Assembly (NCBI GenBank): GCA_028283505.1
Contig: JAPOFX010000003.1
Location: forward strand, 4,125-68,124
Direction of reading: 5' to 3'
DNA length: 64,000 nucleotides
Source of the DNA: Candidatus Poseidoniales archaeon
GTDB lineage: Archaea > Thermoplasmatota > Poseidoniia > Poseidoniales > Thalassarchaeaceae
In this document: positions 1-9,339 of the stretch, in pieces
How positions within the stretch are numbered: position 1 is the first letter of the stretch
Layout of the letters: every line of letters starts with the position of its first letter
Made by a program: the position numbers and the translations under genes
Notes under the pieces: model-generated
What the model saw: the letters and a program-made list of their open reading frames with translations, nothing else
Database searches by the model: none
What the model was told of the DNA's origin: nothing

Positions 1-870
1 TTCGATGAGGATTCTCTCTGTGAGGCTTCCATCATTCCATGAGCGGTTTACCACAGCCCTTGTTACAGAAATCTGTGCCGAGAACCCTTCTTCGAATGAC
101 TCCTCTGAGTTTCCTTCAGAAAGGAACATCGATCCATTTCCTAGCATCTCGAAATCTTGAGAAATCAGATTATTTCCGTCATATGACTCATTGAGCCATA
201 TCCTATCCAAGTCCAAATCCAGAATTATTCCGTTTGTTCCATTCATCGTATTCATTCTAAGGGATCCGTTCCCGAGCTCGTTCGATTCCAGAATAGGGCC
301 AACTCTCTTCTGCCATCCCCTTCCCATAAACTCGATACTTTGTCCCTCTGATTCGGTGCCTTCTAATGACCAGAGAGTCTCTCTTGTTATCTCATGATCT
401 TCAATCGGCTGATTCCAGTTAGTCACAGACACTGTTCTACTGCATAATGCCTCAGTGCTGGAGAAATTAACAAGAATTTTGTCTTGGAATTCTGGATCAG
501 TATCCAACTCAATGTCGACCTCGCCTCCTGCACTTATGTAAGAGACATTGACTGGAATATTTTCTCCGGATGCATGCCTCACTTGCGATGAGCTTACGGA
601 AATTGCCGAAGGCGACTCTCCTAATCCGAATTGCGGGTGAAAAATTACTTTGTATCTGTGAACATGGTTGAGTGTGTAGATTTCGTCTTCCTCATTGGGC
701 TCGTCAAGCCAGTCCACATGATAGTCCCAGTCTACTAAAATTTCACAACTTGTTGATGGAGGGGCTTGTCCTGACGCCAATAATGAGTGGTTGCTGAACA
801 GGAGGATTGAAGTCAGAAGTATGGAAATTCCGATTTTGCCGGGACTTTCAGTCAATACCTGATTATACAT
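1..870 (-). CDS. Secreted protein of unknown function, N-terminal 290 codons (3' end lies beyond the left window edge)
   Basis: Absent from the ORF track because it has no stop in the window. I checked every forward triplet in frame 1 from 1 to 870. None is tta/cta/tca, so the minus strand is open from the ATG at 870-868 to the edge. The product starts MYNQVLTESPGKIGISILLTSILLFSNHSLLASGQAPP, a signal-peptide-like hydrophobic core. The rest is Asn/Ser/Glu-rich with several N-x-S/T sites. No family recognised. Confidence 0.5.
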   Translation of the reverse strand, partial: MYNQVLTESPGKIGISILLTSILLFSNHSLLASGQAPPSTSCEILVDWDYHVDWLDEPNEEDEIYTLNHVHRYKVIFHPQFGLGESPSAISVSSSQVRHASGENIPVNVSYISAGGEVDIELDTDPEFQDKILVNFSSTEALCSRTVSVTNWNQPIEDHEITRETLWSLEGTESEGQSIEFMGRGWQKRVGPILESNELGNGSLRMNTMNGTNGIILDLDLDRIWLNESYDGNNLISQDFEMLGNGSMFLSEGNSEESFEEGFSAQISVTRAVVNRSWNDGSLTERILIE

Positions 871-899
871 CTTGCCATACGGTAATAGTTCGGATTGTT

Positions 900-918
900 C
901 AAGATATCCCCTACAGGG
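900..918. promoter_or_regulatory. Copy A of repeated intergenic motif CAAGATAT-CCCCTACAGGG
   Basis: Shares CAAGATAT plus CCTACAGGG (8+9 nt, one 1-nt indel) with 2672..2689 in the same orientation. It lies 9 nt past the stop of 928..2187 and 29 nt upstream of the ATG at 870 on the minus strand. Confidence 0.35.
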
Positions 919-927
919 ACTTATGGA

Positions 928-2187
928 CTATTTGATACCATACAAGAATCTTGTAGATTTGAATCTCTTCACAATCTCGAAAAATAGCCAGCAGGTCAGT
1001 ATTACCAAAAAGGTAGCAAAAATCACAGCTGAGTGATTCCTCAGTCCGAGATTTGAGGCCAACCTAAGTCCGGCGAAGGTAAGAGGCATGTGAACTATGT
1101 AGAATGGGTAAACTCCTTGATTTAGGTATGGTAGATATTGGTTGTTTCTATTGAGGAAATGAGAGCCCCATGAAAAAATAGTTAGGCACCAGAACCAAGC
1201 GTGAAAACTATGTATCAAACAGGCGAGGATTGTCATCCTGTTATGGAAGCCCTCGGTCCCTACCCATCCTCCATCGACATAGGGTATTCCGGTATCGTGT
1301 TGCTTAAGTCTAAGCCAAACAAAGGCGATTGTCCAAATTAGAGTAGCAATTGTGATTGTTACCCTTTGTTTTTCAATGAGTTGGTAGTATTCATCTTTGG
1401 AAGTGATGCAGATATATCCAATAGCGAAAAAGCCGAAGAACCAGAACCATTCGTATCCTACACCGATATAGCCTGGAAACCACGGTTTGAAAAGAATCTC
1501 AGTCGAAGTCAGTAGTAGCGGTATTAGAATGAAGGCTCCGATCCCCCTTCGCATCCTAAATGGCGCTCCTAGAATACCAGAGATGGATCCTTCTGGGTTA
1601 TCCCTGACTATGTGAAAAACTGGCAATAGTATCAACGAATATTGGAACAGATTCCAAAGGAACCATAGATGTCCCAAGGCTATCAGCTTTCCGAAAATTG
1701 GTATCCAAAAAGAGAAACTCCTCCAAATTATTCCGAATAGAAATCCATAAGTCAGGCCAATGGGAGTGATTGTCTCATTCCCCATGATTACCGAGCCGGC
1801 GAAGCCCATCGTCCACGCACCGAAAAACATTGGAATCAGTAGACGTTTGCATCTTTCGGCCAAGTAAATCTTCCAAGTTCTCCGTTTGAATGCGAACGCG
1901 GTGCCCATTCCCGAAATCATGAATAGAGCTGCGAGTCTCCATTGGTGCATCCAATGCAAGACCATGCTGGTAAAATCTACTGATTCTGATGTGTAATCGT
2001 TATTGTTATTTGCGAAGTCCTCCGTATTTTCATCCGAAATATCCCCAATATTAGGATTAATTTCAGTACCATATGTAGACCAATAAACACCAATGGCTAC
2101 ATGAAAGGGAATCAGAAGTCCGAATAGTATAACTCTGAGCCAATCGATATCATACCGACGAGTAAGATTTGACCGGTACTCGTTCAC
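928..2187 (-). CDS. Integral-membrane acyltransferase (acyltransferase_3 / OpgC-like family)
   Basis: 419 aa with about 10 hydrophobic segments. The N-terminal RYDIDWLRVILFGLLIPFHV matches the conserved R-x-D-x-hR...H start of membrane O-acyltransferases. Confidence 0.6.
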   Translation of the reverse strand: MNEYRSNLTRRYDIDWLRVILFGLLIPFHVAIGVYWSTYGTEINPNIGDISDENTEDFANNNNDYTSESVDFTSMVLHWMHQWRLAALFMISGMGTAFAFKRRTWKIYLAERCKRLLIPMFFGAWTMGFAGSVIMGNETITPIGLTYGFLFGIIWRSFSFWIPIFGKLIALGHLWFLWNLFQYSLILLPVFHIVRDNPEGSISGILGAPFRMRRGIGAFILIPLLLTSTEILFKPWFPGYIGVGYEWFWFFGFFAIGYICITSKDEYYQLIEKQRVTITIATLIWTIAFVWLRLKQHDTGIPYVDGGWVGTEGFHNRMTILACLIHSFHAWFWCLTIFSWGSHFLNRNNQYLPYLNQGVYPFYIVHMPLTFAGLRLASNLGLRNHSAVIFATFLVILTCWLFFEIVKRFKSTRFLYGIK

Positions 2188-2243
2188 GATATTCCCAATT
2201 GTTCTAAGTATTTGTAAAGTTAGTAATGTAGGGCTGGAATTTC

Positions 2244-2666
2244 TCAGAACAACGGCTCTTCATAGTCGTCTTCTTCGCCCGATCTTTCCTTCCATAGAGA
2301 GACTGGTACATCATCGTAAACGTCTGAATATGGATCCTTCTCTTTCTGATTCAATAAAGCTGCCTCAGCTGCCGCTCTGGCAAACTCTTCCGCATTCGCC
2401 TTGAATTTCCAATAGTGGATCCTCCATTCCCTGCCATCCCATAGTGTGGTTTCTTCTGATTCAGTGGTAAGGAGATCATAGTCCTGGAGCTGGTAGAACA
2501 GATTTCTGTCAGTAGGCTCTAGAGCGTTGTCGATGATTCTGTTTGAGAATCCGAAGAAACCAAGGGCGTGTTCTGCAATTGATTCGGCGACTACTACCTC
2601 CATGTCGGTATCCACCTTGCTCCTGATTGCTGAAGTAAGCTGAGCTAGTGTCAAACCCATCATCAT
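2244..2666 (-). CDS. Small acidic cytoplasmic protein, function unknown
   Basis: 140-aa ORF with GGAGG directly upstream of a triple ATG. It has an acidic C-terminal tail (SGEEDDYEEPLF). The central FGFSNRIIDN...LFYQLQDYDLL...WRIHYW block looks conserved, but I cannot name the family with confidence. Confidence 0.5.
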   Translation of the reverse strand: MMMGLTLAQLTSAIRSKVDTDMEVVVAESIAEHALGFFGFSNRIIDNALEPTDRNLFYQLQDYDLLTTESEETTLWDGREWRIHYWKFKANAEEFARAAAEAALLNQKEKDPYSDVYDDVPVSLWKERSGEEDDYEEPLF

Positions 2667-2671
2667 GCCTC

Positions 2672-2689
2672 CAAGATATACCTACAGGG
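2672..2689. promoter_or_regulatory. Copy B of repeated intergenic motif CAAGATAT-ACCTACAGGG
   Basis: Same orientation as 900..918. Its 3' part forms the inverted repeat CCTAC-AGG-GTAGG (2681..2693). It lies in the divergent region between 2244..2666 (-) and 2784..3719 (+). Confidence 0.35.
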
Positions 2690-2783
2690 TAGGGGGCTAT
2701 ATTTCAACGGTCTCTACAAACGTTCCGAAAATCTGTATTTTGACTTACGAAGTCATTATTCTGTTAAATGGACGCGGAAAGGC

Positions 2784-3719
2784 ATGAACAGGGGCACGCG
2801 GGCCACTTTCCTGGGCTTGGATGAAAAGGAGGAAGGACCGTGGGACGTCGTTATACTACCGATTCCTTTCGAAATGACCACAAGTTGGGTTGAGGGGACA
2901 GAGCGTGGTCCTGCTGCATGCATAGAGGCGAGCTCACAAGTAGAGCTGTATGACCCGCTTCTTCCTGAAGAGCTTCCATGTGGACTGTCTTTTCACACAT
3001 CTTCTCCGTGGAGCTCGGAAGCCGGAACCCTAATGGAACAACTGAATTCAATCACTGAATTCATTTCCGAATGGATAGATAATGGGTTTCCATTGGTATT
3101 AGGAGGAGAACATGGTATTCTACCCCCAATAATGGAAGCAATGAAAAAACACCCCAGGCTAAACGGAGACTTATCCAATTTGACATTGGTTCAGATTGAT
3201 GCGCACGCGGATCTGAGAGATGAGCTGAATGGTGAGAGGTTCTCACATGGAACTGTAATACGTAGATCCCTTGATGCGGGAGTTGGAAGGGTGATTCAAA
3301 TTGGAACAAGAGCTCTTTCGAAGTCAGAGGCGATTTTTTCCTGTGAAGATGACAGGGTTGAGACTTGGTATGCAAGGGAAATTCTGGGTTCTTCTGGACA
3401 CTTGGGGGGTTGGGAATTAATGCTAAAAAGTATCTCGCAGATCAATGGCCTAGTATGGATTACGTTCGACATAGATGGACTCGATGGAAAATTGGTTCCC
3501 TCGACTGGAACTCCTGTTCCAGGCGGGCTCTCACACTGGGAAGCGGTTGAGGTAATCGAGAGAATATTCTCTGCTACTGGAGTGGAGGTTTTAGGTGCAG
3601 ATGTGAATGAAATTTCCCCGGGGAAAGAAGGTCCTTTGACCGAATTCAATGCCGCGCTTATCGCTACTAAGATATTATCATGCCATTGTGCGAGAATACT
3701 GAACAAGAAAGGAGAATGA
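2784..3719 (+). CDS. speB: Agmatinase / ureohydrolase (arginase family)
   Basis: Mn-binding motifs of the arginase fold are present: GGEHGI, QIDAHADLRDE and ITFDIDGLD. The length (311 aa) is typical. Confidence 0.8.
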   Translation: MNRGTRATFLGLDEKEEGPWDVVILPIPFEMTTSWVEGTERGPAACIEASSQVELYDPLLPEELPCGLSFHTSSPWSSEAGTLMEQLNSITEFISEWIDNGFPLVLGGEHGILPPIMEAMKKHPRLNGDLSNLTLVQIDAHADLRDELNGERFSHGTVIRRSLDAGVGRVIQIGTRALSKSEAIFSCEDDRVETWYAREILGSSGHLGGWELMLKSISQINGLVWITFDIDGLDGKLVPSTGTPVPGGLSHWEAVEVIERIFSATGVEVLGADVNEISPGKEGPLTEFNAALIATKILSCHCARILNKKGE

Positions 3720-3726
3720 TTGTATC

Positions 3727-5220
3727 TTGGAACCCTCTCAGTCGTTTATGCGCCAATGGGTAGTATCACTGATTCTATCATCCTTGTTTGCAACATCAGC
3801 CACTCCATTGGTGACTGCCCAGATTGGCCAGCCAGATATCATTCAAGAGCATTGGTACCATTCTTATGCCACACTGACCTTGGATCTGAATGAGTGGTCT
3901 GATGACTACCCTGAGATAGTCGAGTTGTTCAGTATTGGAAAGACTGAGTTGGGAAGAGAAATATGGATGCTACAGATTTCTGACTGGAATGGGGGAGCTT
4001 GTTCCGATGGGCTTAGTGAAATCGATGATTGCGAACACTACAAATCAAATGGAGAACGCAAAGAAGTGGTTTACATAGATGGTGGACACCATGGTAATGA
4101 GCATCTGGGAACTGAGCTTGCCTTCCTCGTCGCGGAATACTATATTCAAGGATGGGGGGCGGGAGATCAGCAGGTACTCGAGGTATTATCTAACACTGAA
4201 TTACATATCCTCATAATGTTAAATGCAGATGGTAATGACTTTGATACAAGATGGAATGTTAACCAAGTAGACCTGAATAGGAACTATGATCATTACTGGA
4301 ACACATGTGATTCGACCCAACCGGGAAGTTCGGCATTTAGTGAGGCAGAGACTCTGGCTAATTCGATTTACATGAATGAGGTCGTTCCTGATGCCGACCT
4401 GTACATTACCATGCACACTGGAGTTTGGATTATGCTCTACCCATGGGGAAAGTGGCCAGAGCAACCTTCTGACTGGGAAATGTACCACCACATTAGAGAT
4501 GAGGTGAATTCGAACATCTCCGAAATCCCTATTCGCAATGCCAACCAAGGCCTCTACCCTAATTGTGGAACCAGTCGAGACTACGGCTATGGTGTAATGG
4601 GTTATCCAACATTCACCTTCGAGACGGATGATGAGCAATTCCTGTTAGGAACTTTAGAGCCACTCTCAGAAAGATTGGGCGAGGAGCTTGATGTGATGCA
4701 TTATCTCATCGAAAACGTGTGGTACTGGAGAGCTCGTCTAGTCGTTGATTCGCTAGAGGTGGGGAGCGGAGAGGTTCGATTGAGTGTTTCAAATCAAGGA
4801 CATGCAAGTACATCCAATGCCACTTTGCTATACTTCGAAAGTGAAGACTCGACGGAATTTTGGCTTCCCGGATTAAATGAGCCTATACAAATGGGCGACG
4901 GTATGGACATTCATGAGTTGGTGTCTGAATTCAACTTCTCTGCTTTGGGATCGGGTTTCTCAGTCAATGCAACAAATACCACTGTCACCATGCTAGATTT
5001 CACCCATGCTCCGATATCGAATAATAAGGGGATTTGGGCCCTTTACTATCAAAAGAGGGTTATAGATTCCTCAATGTGGACTGAGGAGTCAATAGATGAA
5101 AGCGTTGTAGTGATTAATGTTGGTAGTTCGAGCTTTCTTCCAGCACCCTCGATGCTGACTCTCCTTCTCGCCTTCGCTGTTGCTGCATTAAATCAGAGAA
5201 GTAGGAGTTTTGATAATTGA
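3727..5220 (+). CDS. Secreted zinc carboxypeptidase (peptidase M14) with C-terminal hydrophobic anchor
   Basis: TTG start with an N-terminal signal-like segment (VVSLILSSLFATSATPLVTAQ). M14 motifs HGNEHLG (HxxE zinc site), LNADGNDF and DLNRNY are present. The C-terminus is PAPSMLTLLLAFAVAALNQRSRS. Confidence 0.8.
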   Translation: MEPSQSFMRQWVVSLILSSLFATSATPLVTAQIGQPDIIQEHWYHSYATLTLDLNEWSDDYPEIVELFSIGKTELGREIWMLQISDWNGGACSDGLSEIDDCEHYKSNGERKEVVYIDGGHHGNEHLGTELAFLVAEYYIQGWGAGDQQVLEVLSNTELHILIMLNADGNDFDTRWNVNQVDLNRNYDHYWNTCDSTQPGSSAFSEAETLANSIYMNEVVPDADLYITMHTGVWIMLYPWGKWPEQPSDWEMYHHIRDEVNSNISEIPIRNANQGLYPNCGTSRDYGYGVMGYPTFTFETDDEQFLLGTLEPLSERLGEELDVMHYLIENVWYWRARLVVDSLEVGSGEVRLSVSNQGHASTSNATLLYFESEDSTEFWLPGLNEPIQMGDGMDIHELVSEFNFSALGSGFSVNATNTTVTMLDFTHAPISNNKGIWALYYQKRVIDSSMWTEESIDESVVVINVGSSSFLPAPSMLTLLLAFAVAALNQRSRSFDN

Positions 5221-5315
5221 TTTAACCTTCTAAAAAGTTAGTTTGGATTCAAAATTGATTATTTGTAGTGGAATTATTTGTAAACTAGCTTGTAAGCGGA
5301 CACCTAGGGCTATTT

Positions 5316-6839
5316 ATGCAGATAGGCAACAGCGAATTTACAAAACCAAGGAAACAACTAGTTTTGCCTCTATTCGAGGGCACTGAAAAGGCTCCAAATA
5401 ACTCCTTAACCGGATTATCCAGAGTACAGAGAAGACTTGTCAAGGACGCACTTGATTCTAAGGAATTTGACGGGAAGAAGGGAAAGAAAATGACACTTTG
5501 GACATCTGGGTGTAACATTGTGCTCGTCGGAATGGGTGCCAGAGATAGTTTGACCCACAAAATCGCGCGTAATACTGGAGCTAGGACCATCTCTTCATTG
5601 TCAAAAAAGAATGGAGTCGGGATCACAGTTAGGTTCACATCAGGATGGACAGCCGATAGAATGTTGGATTTCGTTGAAGGAATGATGCTACGAGATTATG
5701 AATTCTTAGAGCACCAAGAACTCCCGGATGAACACATAAATGACGAGTGGGATATCGATTTCCAAGCCAGTTCTAGATATCAAAAAGTGCTTTCTGAAAA
5801 GCTTTCGATAATTCAATCAGTAACTGGTGGGGTTCATTTGGCACGCGATTTAGGCAACGAACCAGCTAACATTCTCTATCCAATGGAATATGCTAGAAGA
5901 GCCTTGGAATGGGCCAAAGATAAAGAGAATGTATCTGTCGAGGTTTACGATTGGGATAAGTTGCACGAACTTGGCATGGGCGGCCTGATTAACGTCGGAA
6001 AGGGGAGTGACAGGAAGCCCTGCATGGTATTATTCACACTCAATCCAGATGCCGATGAGGGTGTACGAAGACCTTGTATTGTCGGGAAAGGAATTACTTT
6101 TGATACTGGAGGAATATCCATCAAACCAACTAGTGGCATGTGGGATATGAAATATGATATGTGTGGCGCTGCCACTGTATTCGGACTTATGGAGGCGTTG
6201 CATTCCACAGGTTACAAAAGACGGGTGAATGGAATCTCCTGTCTCGCAGAGAATATGCCCGGGTCTGGTGCTTATCGACCAGGAGATGTCTTCGAGACTT
6301 ATTCAGGAAAGACGGTAGAAGTGTTCAGTACGGATGCAGAAGGGAGAAACGTACTTTCGGACGGGCTATGGAAGGCGGGTGAGTTTGATCCAGAATACAT
6401 CGTGGATTTGGCTACCTTGACCGGGGCCGTCATTGTAGCCTTGGGAAATCAGATTTCAGGAATGTGGTCAAATGATGATAATGTCGCATCTAAACTAAAA
6501 AACGCAGCAGAAAGAAGTGGGGAGGAGGTTTGGAGAATGCCGTTGAATGATCAGTTCCGAAAGTACATGACTGACTCCGCATTTGCAGATATAAGAAACG
6601 GTTCAATAGGAGGAAGAGCTGGCTCGTCGAACACTGCCGCTGCTTTCTTAGAGTTCTTCGTTCCCAACAGAGGGTTCGAAAAGGATGGAGAAAAGATACC
6701 ATGGGTGCACTTAGATATCGCTGGGTCGGCGTGGGGGCCGGGATCAAAGGCTAGCTCGGAGAGTGTCAATCCACTATTCCAGTATGGAACATCAGGGATA
6801 CACGTCAGGACCCTTCACAGGCTTATTACGGAAACCTAG
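5316..6839 (+). CDS. pepA: Leucyl aminopeptidase (peptidase M17)
   Basis: VGKGITFDTGGISIKP and STDAEGRNVLSD (the NTDAEGR-type motif) are diagnostic of M17. Confidence 0.85.
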   Translation: MQIGNSEFTKPRKQLVLPLFEGTEKAPNNSLTGLSRVQRRLVKDALDSKEFDGKKGKKMTLWTSGCNIVLVGMGARDSLTHKIARNTGARTISSLSKKNGVGITVRFTSGWTADRMLDFVEGMMLRDYEFLEHQELPDEHINDEWDIDFQASSRYQKVLSEKLSIIQSVTGGVHLARDLGNEPANILYPMEYARRALEWAKDKENVSVEVYDWDKLHELGMGGLINVGKGSDRKPCMVLFTLNPDADEGVRRPCIVGKGITFDTGGISIKPTSGMWDMKYDMCGAATVFGLMEALHSTGYKRRVNGISCLAENMPGSGAYRPGDVFETYSGKTVEVFSTDAEGRNVLSDGLWKAGEFDPEYIVDLATLTGAVIVALGNQISGMWSNDDNVASKLKNAAERSGEEVWRMPLNDQFRKYMTDSAFADIRNGSIGGRAGSSNTAAAFLEFFVPNRGFEKDGEKIPWVHLDIAGSAWGPGSKASSESVNPLFQYGTSGIHVRTLHRLITET

Positions 6840-8720
6840 CTATTCATCAGTGTCCTCAGAATCAACTTCCTCAAAGTCCGCCTCTACGACATCATCTGTA
6901 TTAGTTGATTCCTGTTCTTCGGCCATTTCCGCAGCGGCTGCTTCGTAAAGCTTGGCTGAGACTTCGTGAAGGGCCTCTTCGACTTCTACCATTTTTGCCT
7001 GAACAGCTGCTTCATCTAACTCATCGACATCTATGGCCTTGTCATCTTTGGTTATCAATGCCCTAAGTTCTTCTAGCTTAGCATGGATAGGATCAGTGTC
7101 AAGATCGGATATTTTATCAGCGGCTTCCTTGAGCATTTTGGTTGACTGGTAAACCATTCCATCTGCAGAATTAATCAGTGTAACTCCTGCCTTCCTCCTC
7201 TTGTCCTCCGAAGCGAACTCTTCGGCCTCTGAAATCTTAGCGTTTATTTCTTCTTCAGATAGAGATGTCTGGCTCTCGATTTTGATCGACTGCTCAGTCC
7301 CAGTGCCGAGATCTTTAGCTGAAACATTGACAATTCCGTTAGCGTCAATGTCGAAGGTGACTTCAATTTGGGGAATCCCCCTTGGGGAAGGGGGAATGCC
7401 CATTAGATGGAATCTTCCTAAGGTAATGTTGTCCTTTGCAAATTCCCTTTCTCCCTGCAATACATGGACTTCCACCGCAGGTTGGTTATCAGCAGCTGTC
7501 GAGAATGTCTCTGATCTGCGAGTCGGGATAGTAGTGTTCCTCTCGATCATAGTAGTCATTATTCCTCCAAGAGTTTCAATTCCAAGAGTCAATGGAGTAA
7601 CATCAAGCAGGAGAACGTCTGTAACTCCCTCATCCCCGGTAATTATGCCGGCTTGCAAGACAGCTCCGACTGCAACGGCTTCATCGGGATTTATTCCCTT
7701 GAAGGGCGGCTTACCAACTTCCTTCTCAATGGCTTCCTGAACTGCAGGTACCCTTGTTGAACCACCAACGAGTATGACTTTGTCGACATTGCCTTTCTTG
7801 ATTCCAGCGTCCTTCATAGCCCTGCGAGTAGGCGCCATTGTCCTCTCAACTAGGTCTTCTATTAGGCTCTCGAATTTGGCCCTGGAAAGGGAGATATCAA
7901 GATGTTCCGGCTGGCCATCACCATTCATTGTTATGAATGGTAAATTGATTTGGGTGGTAGCAGTTCCAGAGAGCTCAATCTTAGCCTTCTCGGCGGCTTC
8001 TCTTAACCTGGTGAGAGCTGTAACGTCAGTTGAAAGATCTATTCCAGTGGACTTCTTGAACTCTGATAACAGCCAATCGATGACAGCTTCATCGAAATCG
8101 TCTCCTCCAAGACGATTATCTCCACTTGTGGCTTTAACCTCAATCTGAGGTTGACCGTCCACTTGGTAGATTTCTAGAACTGATACATCGAATGTTCCGC
8201 CCCCCAAATCGTAGACCAATATCGTTTGATCGTCGTCTTTGTCTACTCCATATGCAAGTGCGGCTGCAGTAGGCTCATTGATTATTCTAAGGACCTCTAG
8301 ACCGGCTATTCTCCCAGCATCTTTAGTTGCCTGCCTTTGTGCATCTGTGAAGTATGCCGGACAGGTTATCACGGCTTGTTTGACTTCTCGTCCAAGGTAG
8401 TCTTCAGCATCGGATTTTAGCTTCTGAAGAATGAATGCTGAAATCTCCTGTGGGGTATATTCTGAATCATCGATATCTTTCTTCCAATCAGTCCCCATCT
8501 CTCTTTTTACGGACATTATGGTCCTCTCGGAATTGGTTACTGCTTGGCGTTTTGCTGTTATCCCAACGACCCTGTCCCCTTCATTCTTAGAAAAAGCAAC
8601 GACGCTTGGAGTTGTCCTTGATCCCTCCGAGTTGGGGATTACCACCGGTTTTCCCGCTTCTAAAGTCGCTACACAGCTATTTGTTGTTCCTAAATCAATT
8701 CCAATTACTGGTCCAGTCAT
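6840..8720 (-). CDS. dnaK: Molecular chaperone DnaK (Hsp70)
   Basis: Full-length Hsp70 with [17 protein letters not shown] and [11 protein letters not shown] motifs and an acidic C-terminus. GGAGG lies 7 nt upstream of the ATG. Confidence 0.97.
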   Translation of the reverse strand: MTGPVIGIDLGTTNSCVATLEAGKPVVIPNSEGSRTTPSVVAFSKNEGDRVVGITAKRQAVTNSERTIMSVKREMGTDWKKDIDDSEYTPQEISAFILQKLKSDAEDYLGREVKQAVITCPAYFTDAQRQATKDAGRIAGLEVLRIINEPTAAALAYGVDKDDDQTILVYDLGGGTFDVSVLEIYQVDGQPQIEVKATSGDNRLGGDDFDEAVIDWLLSEFKKSTGIDLSTDVTALTRLREAAEKAKIELSGTATTQINLPFITMNGDGQPEHLDISLSRAKFESLIEDLVERTMAPTRRAMKDAGIKKGNVDKVILVGGSTRVPAVQEAIEKEVGKPPFKGINPDEAVAVGAVLQAGIITGDEGVTDVLLLDVTPLTLGIETLGGIMTTMIERNTTIPTRRSETFSTAADNQPAVEVHVLQGEREFAKDNITLGRFHLMGIPPSPRGIPQIEVTFDIDANGIVNVSAKDLGTGTEQSIKIESQTSLSEEEINAKISEAEEFASEDKRRKAGVTLINSADGMVYQSTKMLKEAADKISDLDTDPIHAKLEELRALITKDDKAIDVDELDEAAVQAKMVEVEEALHEVSAKLYEAAAAEMAEEQESTNTDDVVEADFEEVDSEDTDE

Positions 8721-8727
8721 TTTTGTT

Positions 8728-8732
8728 CCTCC
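8728..8732 (-). promoter_or_regulatory. Shine-Dalgarno-like GGAGG for dnaK
   Basis: The minus strand reads ACGGAGGAACAAAA ATG. It lies in the 22-nt gap between 8743..9339 and dnaK, which implies a bicistron. Confidence 0.5.
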
Positions 8733-8742
8733 GTTTGATAGG

Positions 8743-9339
8743 CTAAGCCTTATCGAAAATAATGTCTAGAATCCCATTGTTCAGGCTCCACTCTGAAACT
8801 GAAGTTGCCACTTGTGGCAGGTTGATACTCTTTATTGGCCTGGGTTGGGTTCTTCTCATAATCTGGAGAACTTTGCCCTCGTGGGACAGAATCAGCTCGA
8901 AGCTGGTTTCATCTAGATCGATTATATTTGAGACGTCTATGGTGACAAACATTTGAGCGCCGTCGACATAGATGTCCTCTAGGGGGACGTCGGACTCTTC
9001 TACCTGTTCATGATCTACAATCACTTCAACAGGCTCTTTGTCTGGCCCGACTTGGACGTTGATCCCCATGTTCTTGAACATCTCTGAAAAACCTTCAGGA
9101 TGATTCATGAAGGCTTCCATTTGCCTCCTAAAGTTTTCAGGATCTCCTTGGAAATCCATCTTGACGTTGCTATTGTATATCTTCTCCGCATCAATGCCCA
9201 TACTTTCGAATTGCTGACGAATTCTGGAGATAGTGTCCTCAAGCTCAGATCTATCTATCGGCATCCCCATCTGATTGAATAGATTTAGCATCTGCTGAAT
9301 CATTTTCTGTTCCCATTCGTCGGAGTTTGAGTTACCCAT
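8743..9339 (-). CDS. Hsp20/alpha-crystallin-like (or CS/p23-like) domain protein with Met-rich N-terminal region
   Basis: The C-terminal roughly 90 aa ([15 protein letters not shown]...[16 protein letters not shown]...[26 protein letters not shown]) follows the ACD pattern, ending like the ...YKNGVLTITLPK consensus. The N-terminal 97 aa contain 11 Met and three F-x-x-M-G-[IM] repeats. No GrpE motifs. Confidence 0.6.
   Translation of the reverse strand: MGNSNSDEWEQKMIQQMLNLFNQMGMPIDRSELEDTISRIRQQFESMGIDAEKIYNSNVKMDFQGDPENFRRQMEAFMNHPEGFSEMFKNMGINVQVGPDKEPVEVIVDHEQVEESDVPLEDIYVDGAQMFVTIDVSNIIDLDETSFELILSHEGKVLQIMRRTQPRPIKSINLPQVATSVSEWSLNNGILDIIFDKA

Noticed and set aside
191-397. 68-aa plus-strand ORF from the track
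   Set aside because: It lies entirely antisense to a 290-codon open minus-strand frame that has a start codon, a signal peptide and protein-like composition. The plus-strand product is low-complexity, with no start context.
7201-7740. Long antisense ORFs inside well-supported genes: 179 aa in dnaK; also 3296..3706, 4219..4638, 30758..31183, 35202..35639, 43625..44050, 44396..44821, 47827..48264, 50011..50451, 53598..54116, 55260..55766 and 60836..61270
   Set aside because: These are typical shadow frames opposite strongly biased coding sequence. The products are Ser/Pro/Leu-rich without motifs, and each is fully contained in, or straddles, genes with clear family signatures.
8743-9339. Expectation that the gene upstream of dnaK is grpE
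   Set aside because: There is no GrpE-like coiled-coil plus C-terminal beta-domain motifs. The C-terminal half fits an alpha-crystallin/CS beta-sandwich pattern instead.
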